Positions 13,534 to 27,462 are shown, numbered from the stretch's first letter. The stretch: 64,000 bases of DNA from Octopus vulgaris (GCA_951406725.2 OX597830.1:74462001-74526000); one strand, 5' to 3'. Numbers and translations are program-made. Notes: generated by a model not told the origin, from the sequence alone.

Positions 13534-13542
<9 letters not shown>
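13290..13542. repeat. ~105-bp inverted repeat (fold-back, MITE-like)
   Basis: CACCATGTAGCAATTCAAAAATGATATACTTAAATCATAG...TTTACCT is mirrored by AGGTAAA...CTATGATTTAAGTATATCATTGTTGAATTGCTACATGGTG. Confidence 0.9.
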
Positions 13543-13589
<47 letters not shown>

Positions 13590-13681
13590 TGTGTGTGTGT
13601 CTGTGTGAGTGCGCACCACAGACCCTCCCAAAGCAAGAAAGCACTTTCTAAGCGTTATAGTAGCCTAATAAAATTATAAGT

Positions 13682-14571
13682 TAGGTGGTATCAAAACGTC
13701 CCCGGTCTAATTATGAAGCGCGCCAAATGATGGCAGCACACAGTTGCGTGCGTGATGAGAGCTAGCGGGTACCTTCATGAGGTAGTGTGCTGAGTGACAT
13801 CGCTGTGTTTGCTACGCAAGTTGGGAAATGCGTATTTTTGTGATCCCATGTATGCTATAGTCTGCTATTTTGTCATGAACATGAACAATGAGCCAGCGTG
13901 AAATTTCGCGTAAAAACTTGAGAAGTTTCCTTACAGAGACATTGGACATACTTCGGAAAGTTTACGGCGCCGAGGCAATGGGTTGTACGCAATGTTTCGT
14001 GTGCCACGGACGCTTCAAAAGGATATGAATGTCTCTGGAAGAAGATGAGCGTTCTGCAAGAACTACCACGATGTCACTCCTGCTAATGTAGCATTGTAGA
14101 TCCAGAATTTGTTCCCCAGGGCCTGACCGTCAACCGAGAGTTCTGCTGCGGCGTTTGGAATTGTTTGAAGGAGAACATTCAGTGAAAGTGACCAAATCTG
14201 TTGTGCGCGAAGAATTTGATTCTTCTCCTTACTCGTGCATTTCTCGCCCAAAACAACATGGTATCGCTTCTGCACCCGCTCTATTTCCCAAATTTAGCAC
14301 CTGTGGATTTCCATTTCTTCACCAAGATGAAAATGCAGCTCAAAAGTCGCCGTTCTAACATCGTTGTCGAGATCCAGAGCGAATTGCAGAACGGCTTCGA
14401 TTCGCTTAAGGAAAGCTACTTCCAGTGCAGATTCCAAAGATAGCAGGAATGCTAGGACCAGTGTATTGCTATACAAGGCGTCTATATCGAAGGGGATGGT
14501 GTTAAAACTTACGTAAATGAATTAGTTTTTATTAAACATAACTAGTCCGGGAACCTTTAATTCAACCACTA
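13682..14571 (+). mobile_element. Internally deleted mariner-family DNA transposon
   Basis: HPLYFPNLAPVDFHFF (YSPDLAPxD-like) and DQCIAIQGVYIEG C-terminus; imperfect TIRs at 13682-13715 and 14537-14571. Confidence 0.88.
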
Positions 14572-14619
14572 TAAGGAATCATCGAGGCTCTTAGCCTGCG
14601 GAGTGAGTACATCAAGCAT

Positions 14620-14785
14620 TTTGTCTGTCTTTCTGACTAGCAGAATTTTGACTGTTACGGTCTCAGTTCAAATGCACCTGAGGTCGATCTTGCCTTTCAT
14701 CCTCTCGGGGTCGATAAAATAATTTCCAGTTGAGCACTATGGTTGATTTAATCGACCTAGTCCTCCCCTAAAATTGCTGACATTA
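14620..14785 (+). mobile_element. SINE family A, partial
   Basis: GAGGTCGATCTTGCCTTTCATCCTCTCGGGGTCGATAAAA. Confidence 0.8.
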
Positions 14786-14964
14786 TTTTTTTTCAAAATT
14801 TCAAACCAGTATAAGAAATTATCATGAACAATGAATTCACAAACTCGTTCAACATTTCGAGAATGAAGCAGAAGTCAACGCATACATATACGTATGTATG
14901 TATGTATGTATGTATGTATGTATGTATGTATGTATGTATGTATGTATGTATGTGTGTGTGTATG

Positions 14965-14996
<32 letters not shown>

Positions 14997-15611
14997 GATG
15001 GATGGATGATGGATGGATGGATGGATGGATAGATGGATGCATGCATGTATGTATATATGTATGTATGTACGGAAGGATAGATGTATGTATGTGTGTATAT
15101 ATATATACATATTACATAAGGAAATCTAACCGTTGGAGGTCCCCATATATTCCCGCAAGATCTTTATATTTTGACCCTCTGCAACTCATTTCAAATAAAT
15201 ATGTTGTTAGTGGACATTAAAATGACTTCACACAGGAAGTACTAATACAAATAAAACAAAATATGCCTTTGTTCTCTCTTATATCATTTTGATTACATGG
15301 CAGAACGAGACTTACAAATGATATATCATAAATATTATAACTTAATATACATAGAGTTATATAGATTTGTTGGGATGTTCAGTTGTGACTGCTGTCATAT
15401 GATCATGTAACTTTATCTGGGCAGCAACTGTTTTTGTTTTAGAAGAAAAGCAGAGAGAGGAGTGTATAATTCTCGCATTTAATATACATCATTTACTTCT
15501 ATAGAAATGAAAATAAATAACAGCCATTTGCAGATATTGTTAAATGCTTCTTTACGGCATATATCATATATGTGCTCGCTCAATAAGAGAAGCGTACGTT
15601 GTATATCTTTG

Positions 15612-15664
<53 letters not shown>

Positions 15665-16006
15665 TGTGTGCGTGTGTATATACGTGTCTGTGTGTGTGTA
15701 AATATGTATTATGTATATATATATATATATATGTCTATATATGTATATAACTATACATATATGTATATGTATATATGCATATGTACATAAGTATATATGT
15801 ATACATATATGTATATGTATATAAGTATTTATATATATATATATATATATGTATATGTATATATGTATATGTATATAAGTATATATGTATATATATATGT
15901 ATATGTATATATGTATATATATATGTATATATGTATATATATGTATATGTATATAAGTATATATGTATATATGTATATATATATATGTGTATGTATATAT
16001 GTATAT

Positions 16007-16099
<93 letters not shown>

Positions 16100-16554
16100 G
16101 TCTCTTAAGTTGTCTTGAAATTGCTGTTATTTTCCTTTCTTTAAAATGAATCTCATAAACGAGTGAATTATCCCATGTATGAATAAACATATTAGCAAGC
16201 ATAAATACATAAACACACGCACGCACACACACACAGACACACACACACAGACACAAACGTATGCACAAATATAAGTGCGTGTCTTATTGGATTTATGTGT
16301 ATGTTGCATACCTGCGTATGCGTTATATATGACAAGTATACTAACAGAAATATTTATCCTTTAGAAAGTATGGGTTTATAAGTAGTCTCCTCGTGGATAG
16401 TTGGCAAGAGCTTAGATGCAGATTAAGCATCAAGAAGTTTAAGATAGTCTGGTTAGACAACATTTGATAATCACATTGATAATGGACACTATTGCTAAAA
16501 ATTTAATTGATCTATTCGGTGCATACATATGTGTGCGTATGTGGAAATGCATAT

Positions 16555-16735
16555 TCTTTTATTCTTTTACTTGTACCACTCATTAGACTTTGGCCATGCT
16601 GGAGCATGTGCATTTTCTTTGTCAGCCTAATACTTATTCTGTCGTCCTCTTTTGCCGAACTGCTATGTAACGGGGACGTAATTACACCAACATCAGTTGT
16701 CAAGCGATGGTGGGGATAAACACAGACACACAAAT
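16555..16735 (-). mobile_element. SINE family B, 3' half
   Basis: GGCCATGCTGGAGCA...CTCTTTTGCCGAAC...GTTGTCAAGCGATGG shared with 28555-28979. Confidence 0.8.
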
Positions 16736-16862
16736 ACATACATACATACATATATATATATACATATATATATATACATATATACATACATACATACACA
16801 TACACATATATATATATGTGTGTGTGTGTTTGTGTATGTGTGTGTGTGTGTGGTGTGTGTGC

Positions 16863-16904
<42 letters not shown>

Positions 16905-17760
16905 GCCCCAGCCCCAGCTACAGGTATGTCTCGACCGTCTGCCGAACGTACCCGGACAGCCTTTCATAAGTTCTTTAAGAATTATAATCTTCTTGTCTTA
17001 TTCGAAAATAACAGTGAAGAGCTAAAACTTGACTAAGCTGCAAACCTATGTTAGCCTTACCATAAACCGAATCAGCTGTCACAATATACCATATCGATGT
17101 CCTATCTAACTATTTTATATCTGCTCTTAACATCATTATCACTTGTTTTTCTCTCAGGATTTCTAACCTATCAGCTAATGAGAATATTTTTAATAGTGAT
17201 ATCCAATGATAATCAGACTCTCCGGAATAACGGCTTCCGCGAGAAGATCGCATATATTCCTAATACTAGACTAAAAACAAAGCGCTCATTTCTCTTACCC
17301 TGTGCGGAATCAAAGCCCACCAGGCATGCTCCTACACATCCACATCCCGTCAATCTGCAACTGAATTCCGCTACGGTCAGTACTCGCCCGGTGTGCTGGT
17401 TGCTCGGGGATTGAATAATCTCAAGCCTCAGAACCTTGCCATCATTTCGCAGAGTTCTAAGCCTTCCATGAGCAGAAAGTGGCACATCATAAGGTTTGTG
17501 CCACTATATCTCTTTACAGATTAAATCTTTACCCAAGCTATTTTTCAAAATTATAAGCTCTATTTTTCCCCCACACCATAAATACTATCCCGTTTTCAAT
17601 AAATCTTCGATTAGAACCTCGTACTCTACAATGCCAAACTTGGGATCTATAACTATCTCTTTCAATAGGCGTAAACTTAGCAACCTTACGAATTATCCAC
17701 TCTATCGCACTAGATACTAATACTATAACTTTAGGGAACACTACCCACCTCAATAATAGA
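16905..17760 (+). mobile_element. Penelope-like retroelement ORF remnant (RT thumb / linker region)
   Basis: [39 protein letters not shown] and FPPHHKYYPVFNKSSIRTSYSTMPNLG are typical of the PLE region preceding the GIY-YIG domain. Confidence 0.8.
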
Positions 17761-17961
17761 AGTGGTACCATCCGCGGTTTGAGACCTCTGTTTAATCCTT
17801 CATCTATTCGACTTCACAAAAAATAAGAGCATTAGACTTCGAATAACATAGTCGTTATAGAATCCTCTAAATCGATTGGGTGGCCAAGAATGAAATGTCT
17901 TTGAGACTAGTTCTGCATGACCTGATTTGATGTCCCAGGCTAGCTTGGGGAAGCTTAATAC

Positions 17962-18195
17962 CTATTTCTTTATTACCCACAAGGGGCTAAACACAGAGGG
18001 GACAAACTAGGACAGACATAGGTATTAAGTCGATTACATCGACTCCAGTGCGTAACTGGTACTTAATTTATCGACCCCGAAAGGATGAAAGGCAAAGTCG
18101 ACCTTGGCGGAATTTAAACTCACAACGTAACGACAGACGAAATACGGCTACGCATTTCACCCGGCGTGCTAACGTTTCTGCCAGCTCGCCGCCTT
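17962..18195 (-). mobile_element. Full-length SINE family A with target-site duplication
   Basis: Head GGCGGCGAGCTGGCAGAAACGTTAGCACG; central GTCGACTTTGCCTTTCATCCTTTCGGGGTCGATAAA; 11-bp TSD AAGCTTAATAC at 17951-17961 and 18203-18213. Confidence 0.92.
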
Positions 18196-18254
18196 AATAC
18201 CTAAGCTTAATACTTAAGACAACCTAGAGATAGATTAGCATCCAGAGAAAATAT

Positions 18255-18455
18255 TAGTTTCAAATTTTGGCAGAAGGCCAGCAGCTTTGCCGGCAAGGAG
18301 CAAATTGATTACATCGATCTGTGTACTTGAATGTTCTTTATTTTATAGACATCGAAAGGATGAAGTGTAAAATTTACCTCGGCAAGATTTGAGCTCATGA
18401 CGTAAAAACCGAAAAAAAGCCTTCCGACACCGTATGAATTCTACCAGCTCCTTGC
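18255..18455 (-). mobile_element. Older, degenerate SINE family A copy
   Basis: CGAAAGGATGAAGTGTAAAATTTACCTCGGCAAGATTTGAGCTCA. Confidence 0.7.
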
Positions 18456-19046
18456 GACATCCAGGGATAATTTTTATCGCAGTGATTGTGTTTAGGATGC
18501 AAAGGCCATTGTAAAGAGTGGGGCTCTAAGTGAATCACAGGCATTCCATCACCGGTTCGTATTAATTGTTTTACCAAAGTAGAGACGTTTAGTGTGGCGG
18601 TGGTACCGTAGGTTGAAGAATTGGCGGTGGTGATTGTTTCGTACTTAAGTTGATTTAATTATCATTTAAACTTTCTGAAAGAAAAAAAAAGCGCTTTGTT
18701 TTCGTCATTTAAAAAATTTTTATTTTGATTTTTTTCTTTTACTTTTTGTAATTAATATACAATTTAAATACTATTAATCGTTTGATTCTTTGCTTTTTTC
18801 TCTTTTTTTTTCATGTTTTCGTCCTTTTATGTCTTTTTTCCTAACATTTTGGAATGAATATTGCGGGGTGGTTGGGGTGGGGAAGAAATGTCTGTGTGTG
18901 TGAGAGAGTGTATGAATGTGTATGTGAATGTGTATGTTTCTATGTATATCATAAAATTACTTCGTTAGCGGGACATTTATCTGTGTATATGGAGATCGTT
19001 ACATGTATAAAAATGTGTGCATACACACACACACACACATATATAT

Positions 19047-19105
<59 letters not shown>

Positions 19106-19300
19106 TGTATACACATAGACAAACATATATATTTATGTATATATATATATAATTTCCGTATACATATTTATATTCACACACGCACACGATATAGAGAAAG
19201 TGTTTCTATGTGCGTATACGCATGAGTAAACGAGAGTACATGAATGTGAATATATATGGAGGAAGCTCTGTGTATGTGTGTTGTGTGCGTGTGTGGGCGT

Positions 19301-19342
<42 letters not shown>

Positions 19343-19499
19343 AATTGTGTTTACTCAATAAATCCATTATCAGTAATTAGCGGACTTTTAGCCTTTTCGT
19401 TGATCAAGAAAATTTGTTGTTTTTCGCCACTTAAATATGTCAACCCCGCCCTCTAACATCTTTCACCTGCCCAACGCGGCCGCCCCACCCACATACTCA

Positions 19500-20421
19500 T
19501 ATACCTCCTCATCTTCTTCCTCCTTCTCCTCCTGCTCAGCATCATCATCATCGTCATCGAGATCATTACATCAACCACCTCCACCACCACTACCACCTCC
19601 ACCACCACTACCACCACCACCATCATCGCCGACGCCACCACCATCATCGCCGACGCCACCACCATCTCCACGAAATAATACAAGAATGATGTGGTGCCGA
19701 AGATGGCAGCGTTGGGGCGGGGTGTTGCTGGTGATGGTGGAATTAAGGGTGGAATGTGTTGGTGTGAATGATGTTGAAGATGAGGGTGAAACGGTTGGAG
19801 GTAAGATGGCGTTGGCGTTGCTGGTGATGGTGGAGGTGACTAGGGTAGGAGTGGTAGTGGTGGTGATGGTGATGGTGATGATGGTGGGGGTGGGGGTGAA
19901 TGTGATGGTGCGGGTGGCGGTGGTTTCGATGATAAAAAGAAACTTCAACGACACTAAATGTTTCTTATGATTTGATTAATGTATAATTGGTCCTCTTAAT
20001 GAATTGCTTTTTTATCGTCGTCAACGAACACCCTTCCAACACCCCCACTCCCACCTCCACTCCTATCCTTCCTTCATCTTTTACCGATACCACAACCGAT
20101 ACAAATTCCGATGCCGTCGTCATCGTCATAATCGTCATTACCATCATCATCATTATCGACTTTGTCAAGACTTACCACCACACAGCTAACACGACCACCA
20201 CTACAAGCACCCAAACCACTATCATGAACACCAGCGGAATCACCGTCGAAATCATCGTCGTCATCGTCGTTATCGTCATCATCATCATCATCATGAACAA
20301 CAAAACTATTAGAAGGAGCACAACATCGTCACCATCACCGCCGCATCTTCATTCAACAACATGACCATGACTAACGTCATCATCACCATCATCATCATCG
20401 TCATCATCATCATCGTCGTCG

Positions 20422-20462
<41 letters not shown>

Positions 20463-20956
20463 GTCATCGTCATCATCTTTCCCACAAACTTCAACGACGA
20501 CGAACATCATCAACACCACCACCACCACCACTACAAACATTATCATCATCATCATCATCATCATCATCACGACATTGTTATAGTTATTACTGTTGTAAAT
20601 TTTTAATTTTATATATATATATATTTTTTTTATAATTTGTAGTAGTTTTACGGATAATTAATTATTTTTTTCAATAAACTTTCAGAAGTATCATAGAAGA
20701 AAACATACTAGATTAGTCTCCTGAAAATTTAGTAGCAGTTCCAAAGAACTGTTATGGTTATCGATATTGTTGCGTTGTTGTGTATACATCATCATAATCA
20801 ACATCATCATCATCATCGTCTTCGTCACCGTCGACGTCATCATTATGATCATCGTCATCGTCGTCATCATAGTTATAATAGAAATATTAATAAAAATAAA
20901 AGTAATAATAATAATAATAACAAGGATGATAATAATAATAATGAAAGTAAGAATTT

Positions 20957-20987
<31 letters not shown>

Positions 20988-21043
20988 TACAAGATCAATA
21001 ATAATAATGATGATAATGAATTAATAATAATAACAATAATAAT

Positions 21044-21083
<40 letters not shown>

Positions 21084-21150
21084 TTAATAATGTTAAAAAA
21101 AATAGTAGTCATTAATGTTATAATTACCATTATTAAAATTGGTTTAATGC
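19500..21150. repeat. Compound trinucleotide region: CAC/CAT, then GGT/GAT, then CAT, then AAT
   Basis: Direct reading. Confidence 0.9.
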
Positions 21151-21429
21151 CTATAAATACTATATCATTATTAGTTTGTTATTGTCCCTCATTAACTCTC
21201 TCTTTTCCATCATCATGATAATCCGCAACAGTAAGAGCAATTATTTCAATCCGATCGCTTGCTCACTGGATATAAGAAAAACAGGAAATAAATAAGAGAG
21301 GTTTGTCGATCGGTGTGTAAGCGTAAAAAATAAATAAATAAACATGCAAGGCCACAGATACACAAATTTCCCCATACGGTTCTTCTGTTTCTCGATTTTA
21401 TAGATTCAAATCTTTTCAACCGTTGCATT

Positions 21430-21485
21430 GTTTGACGGGGCGGACGGTGGTGAGCGTTTGACGGGGCAGACGGTGGTGAGCGTTT
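21430..21485. repeat. 26-bp GC-rich tandem duplication; first unit contains a GGGGCGG GC-box
   Basis: GTTTGACGGGGC(G/A)GACGGTGGTGAGC x2. Confidence 0.9.
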
Positions 21486-22369
21486 TAATTTCCTAAACAC
21501 TGAAACAGGATGTGATAGCTATTGATAGGAACAGCCTCCGTTGTACTTCACCTCTACTTTTTAGTTGTCTTGATTCCAGTCATATTTAATCCTGTCATGT
21601 GTGTGTAGTGTGTGTCATTTGTCTCCTACGTACGTTTCAACGTAATAGTTGTTTGCAACATCAGAATCGAAGACAATTAAATGTTGAGCCACTGTGGAAC
21701 CTCAGGGGAACATTTAATTTTGTTTATATTGCTGAGATCAAATGTCTAATTCCAAACAACCACAACTATTAAATAAATATAGGGAACAAATTACATAAAA
21801 TTGTGTTTATTATAATCTCTCAGCTATGCACAGGAAATAGAAGAAACAATGCCTTTTAATATTCATTGATTAAAGCAACCTAGATGCAATAATCAGTGAT
21901 CATCGGTTTCTACTTATAGAAAAATAATCGTAGGATAGAGTTACAATTTCAAAATTACTTGAGTCCATACATGCATATGTGTGTGCTAAGGAACTTGCAC
22001 TTTTTACTGTATAAGCACTTAAACGTTACTCAGAGTTATGTACAATTGTATACTTCACGGCTTACTTCAATCTACAACATGCCGCCTAAATTTGATGGAG
22101 TGTTCTATTCACCCATACAAAAAAGATATCGATTATTATTTGTATATATGTATAATTTATTTTTGCGTTGTTTCTATACGGAATTTTTTCAGTAGCAAAT
22201 ATGTGAATAATTTTTTTTGCAATATTTTTCTCTCTAATATACAACTGTTTCATTTTTTTTTTTCTTTCACATGACTAGAGAGTGAACTGTCATCATGTAC
22301 TGTGTTTGATATAAATACAATGAGCAGAGTAACGAAACAAAGCAAAATTTTTCAGAAACACTTTGAGAA

Positions 22370-22402
<33 letters not shown>

Positions 22403-22788
22403 TGTATGTATGCTGGTGCGTCTGTGCATGTGTATAAATATCTGTGTGTGTGCGCGTATATGCGTATGTGTTTGTGCTTATGTGTATAAAATTCTGTAAT
22501 GCATCAAACGAAGATAAACAAGGAAATTGTGAAAGTAATTAAAAGTAATTATTTGCAAAAACTGTGCAGCGTATGCAGTCTCTTTCTGCCTCTCTCACGT
22601 TCTTTCTTTCGCTCTCTGTCTGTGTCTGTCTCTTTCTGTCTTTGTCAGTCTCTGTAGGTGTGTGTATGTATGAATATATATATATATATAAACCCTCCTC
22701 CTTCTTCCCTTCTTTCCTGAGCGTCCAATAATACTTTATTTGTTCCACGTCCTCGCGTTTTTTTGTTTTTGTTTTCTTGTTTGGATTA

Positions 22789-22868
<80 letters not shown>

Positions 22869-22888
22869 TATACATATGTGTGTGTGTT

Positions 22889-22942
<54 letters not shown>

Positions 22943-22974
22943 GTATTTAATGTTATAAGTATAAATACTTTGTA

Positions 22975-23082
22975 TAACAGATATTAGGCTTACAGAAAAT
23001 AAGCCCTCGGGTCGATTTGTTCGACTAAAGGCAGTACTCAAACTTGGTGTAGTCAAATGACTGAAATAAATAATAGAATAAA
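22975..23082 (+). mobile_element. SINE family B, 3' tail
   Basis: GGTCGATTTGTTCGACTAAAGGCAGT...GTCAAATGACTGAAA. Confidence 0.75.
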
Positions 23083-23398
23083 ATAATATGTATGTATATG
23101 TATTATGTATGCATCACCACTTAGAAGCTAGTGTTGTGTAGCGGTCAGGCGTCTACCAAGAACAGAGCCAAAGACGGCTGGAATCAAGTGATCTGGTAGT
23201 CCTGATAGTAGAAATAAAGCCGATTGTCTTCTGCTGGCAGTGTAAATAAGTGCTTATATGTACCACTGGTAAATACCGCAGCATTTTGTGTTCTAACAAC
23301 CACCAACATATGTGTTGATACATTTTACCTTTTGGCATTTATATTGCTTCTGTCACTTTACATATGTGTTTGTACACACACACATGCACACACAGACA

Positions 23399-23466
<68 letters not shown>

Positions 23467-23469
<3 letters not shown>

Positions 23470-23851
23470 AGGCGCAATGGCCCAGTGGTTAGGGCAGCAG
23501 ACTCGCGGTCGTAGGATCGCGATTTCGATTCCCAGACCGGGCATTGTGAGTGTTTATTGAGCGAAAACACCTAAAAGCTCCACGAGGCTCCGGCAGGGAT
23601 GGTGGTGATCCCTGCTGTACTCTTTCACTACAACTTTCTCTCACTCTTACTTCCTGTTTCTGTTGTACCTGTATTTCAAAGGGCCGGCCTTGTCACTCTC
23701 TGTGTCACGCTGAATATCCCCGAGAACTACGTTAAGGGTACACGTGTCTGTGGAATGCTCAGCCACTTACACGATAATTTCACGAGCAGGCTGTTCCGTT
23801 GATCGGATCAACCGGAACCCTCGTCGTCGTAACCGACGGAGTGCTTCCATC
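23467..23851 (+). mobile_element. Full-length tRNA-derived SINE, family C (resembles octopus OR-type SINEs)
   Basis: A box TGGCCCAGTGG, B box GATTTCGATTCC; close match to 52942-53331; family name is from recall and unverified. Confidence 0.9.
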
Positions 23852-24614
23852 CATGAGAAATGTTGTACCTAAGAAGCATCAGTTGTGGTGTGCAAGAGAG
23901 ACGATTGCGCTGGTATGGTCATGTGGAGAGAATGGATGAAGATAGGTGTGTGAGAAAGTGCCAATCCCTAGCAGTTGAGGGAACCCGTGGAAGAGGTAGA
24001 CCCAGGAAAACCTGGGACGAGGTGGTGAAGCACGACCTTCGAACTTTAGGCCTCATTGAGGAAATGACCAGCGACCGAGACCTTTGGAAATATACTGTAC
24101 GTGAGAAGACCAGGCAGGACAAGTGAGCCCAGCCCACTTATGAATGCCTTTCCTCCCTTGGACACAAAGACCTGTTGAGGCAAGCGAAGTCGATATAGAA
24201 CCTCATCCGACGACAGGCACCCATGCCAACCCCCTTTGCTTGCGAAGACATGTTGGGGCAAGCGAAAGCGAAATCGAAATCGAATTGAACCAGCCAGGAT
24301 CCTTGGTCTGGTGGTACGTAAAAAGCACTATCCGACTCGTGGCCGATGCCAGCGCCGTCTCGACTGGCTTCCGTGCCGGTGGCACATAAAATACACCAAT
24401 CCGACCGTGGCCGTTGCCAGCCACGCCTGGCACCTGTGCAGGTGGCACGTAAAAAGCACCCACTACACTCACGGAGTGGTTGGCGTTAGGAAGGGCATCC
24501 AGCTGTAAAAACATTGCCAGATAAGACTGGAGCCTGTGCAGCCTTCTGGCTTCCCAGATCCCCGGTCGAACCGTCCAACCCATGCTAGCATGGAGAACGG
24601 ACGTTAAACGATGA

Positions 24615-24618
<4 letters not shown>
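23852..24618 (+). mobile_element. 5'-truncated RTE-clade LINE (ORF C-terminus plus 3' UTR)
   Basis: RRLRWYGHVERM...GTRGRGRPRKTW...DRDLW peptide, stop at 24126; 3' end GGACGTTAAAC(GAT)n. Confidence 0.93.
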
Positions 24619-24663
<45 letters not shown>

Positions 24664-24889
24664 CATATGTGTGTATGTATGCTTGTGTGTATGTATTCAC
24701 GTTTAAGTAGCGGCACAGGCCGAGTGCTTACTATGTTGCATTTATGATAATAAGGTAGTTGTTTCGGTTCCTGGACTGGCCATTGTTTTCTGTTTTTTGA
24801 GCACAAAACTCAAGTTCACTCAGCTGGACAAATAAATTATACTGCAACGGGTTGACTTATCCAGCAGGACATATACCTCACAAAATCGA

Positions 24890-25825
24890 GGAAAAACCGG
24901 TCTGGCCCTTTCAGACATATCATCAACTGCTCATGTGGTCACCCTTTCTAGCTTACAGACAATAGAAAAGTCTTTCAGCGGATATACAACTCTCAAGATG
25001 TTACGCCCCTCCAACTGGAGCTGGACGCAATATACATGTGGGCCCAGGAGAATAACATGCATTCTAATGCCGAAAAATTTCAAACCCTGCGCTACCATCA
25101 TACAAAGCTAAATGAAATGCAGACAGGACAAACTGGCCTAGGACGGGCTGCAATCCCCCAATAAAATTCAACGTGTGATCTGGGCATTGATATGTGTAAT
25201 GTTGTATGTTTCCAGGTGCATATTACGACTATCAGAACAAGGAAACAAGAAACCATGATGGTCCGCTGGAGGACATTCGTTCTCAGCTGTTTGCCTACTG
25301 GTCGAAACTATGATCACCACACGATGTAAAACACGAAGCAATCCAGAGAAACTACGTAAAGAAACACGTTTCAATGCCACGTCAGGTCAACTCCCTTGAA
25401 CGCAGGTGAGGAAGATACGCAGTGATAAACATATGGAAAATTCTGGAAGAACTTGTTCCAAACTTTGGCAATGAACGGGGCGCCACTGCATAGTGAGAAA
25501 GAACCCAAAATTGCCAGCATGATACAGAGCTAGATACTGCAACAGCCTGAGTTTCAAGGGTCCACAACTCTTCAATATCTTCTCAAAAAGCCTAAGAGAT
25601 CTACATTGAGTGAACGTCGGTGTCTTCAAAAAAAAACCGTACCTCCGCTTGTCAAGTGTTCCGGTTGAACCCACATCGTGGCAGAAAACACAACCGGGGG
25701 CAGAAGCATCAAACTCAAACATTCCCCAAAAGCCACATATCTGAGGAGGTTTCATATGAAGATGTAGCACACTAAAGGCGGTACCCCGCTATGACTGCAG
25801 CTCTTCTACTACAAGTTAAAAAAGA
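24890..25825 (+). mobile_element. Degenerate CR1-group LINE, 3' portion
   Basis: LQLELDAIYMWAQENNMHSNAEKFQTLRY and NSLERR*GRYAVINIWKILEELVPNFG, SLSFKGPQLFNI. Confidence 0.85.
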
Positions 25826-25853
25826 AAAAATGTATGCGCGTACGTGTATATAC

Positions 25854-25908
<55 letters not shown>

Positions 25909-25930
25909 CATACATACATACATACATTCA

Positions 25931-25962
<32 letters not shown>

Positions 25963-26463
25963 CATACAATCATACATACATACATATACATACATTCATT
26001 AACACATAGAGCAAAGTAACCACACATATTACTACGCGTACATGTGCATGCTTCAGTCAACCATATATATATGCTTAATCACTTGAGATTTCAAAATGGA
26101 ATGATTTTTGAAATTCTTAAAATTTCCATTATTATGATCATGTTGCGGACTGGGGAATTCCGAAGTTCGATTAGTGCATTGGCCGATATGTAAATCGATG
26201 TATGTGATTTCGGAAATTATAGCAACAGCAACAAACGAAACAATAAAGGTAAAAAAAAAAAGCAAAATAAAAATAACAAAACCAAACCAAAAAAAATGAA
26301 ATCTTGGGAGCGAAAGAGAAAGAAGAAACGGATAACAAATGCTTAGAATATATGTTCTGTAAACTAATTCTTAGTCAAGTTCTTTTCTCGGCTTAAATCA
26401 ATAATTTAAGTAATGAAAATCATTGTAAGATTGAAGATACTAAAATTACAGTTGGATAAAATG

Positions 26464-26508
<45 letters not shown>

Positions 26509-26619
26509 ATTACAAACACATACATGAATATATACATACATGAGCGCCTACATACACACGTTTATACGTAGGTATATACACATAAATGTAAGCATATAAG
26601 TTCGTACAAATATGTATAC

Positions 26620-26696
<77 letters not shown>

Positions 26697-26811
26697 TGTA
26701 TAGAGATGGAGAGAGAGAGTGAGAGAGAGGTACATATACATATATATGTGTATGAGCTTCTAGATATGCGTACATATATGTGTGCTATTTGTGCACGCGC
26801 GTGTATTTGTG

Positions 26812-26865
<54 letters not shown>

Positions 26866-27390
26866 AGCATAGATATGTGTGTTTCTATGTATATGAGTTA
26901 AAGTGTTCGAATGATGCATTTGGGAAATTATTGTATGGGATTCGCTCTCTGCAATCTAAATTGTAATTGAACCAAGAAACAGTGCAATGAAATATAAACA
27001 GTTATTGTTTTCATGTTTCTTTTCCGCTTTCATTTATATTTTTGTTTATTTATTCATTTATTTTCGCAGACAATTCCATGTGCTGTTTCTTCGTACTTAC
27101 GTACGTATATACATACATGCATATATACATACATATATATATATATATATATATTTATGTATATATATATCTCTCTATATATATACATATATACATAAAT
27201 AGATACATATATATGTTATATATATGTATATATATGTATATATATATATATATAACATGCATAAGTGTGTTTGAGAGTGTTTGTATACTTAACATAAATG
27301 TATTTGCAAATACATAAACATATGCATACATATATACCAATATATATATCAATATAAGTATGTGTATGTTTGTGTGTGTGTTTACGTGTA

Positions 27391-27462
<72 letters not shown>

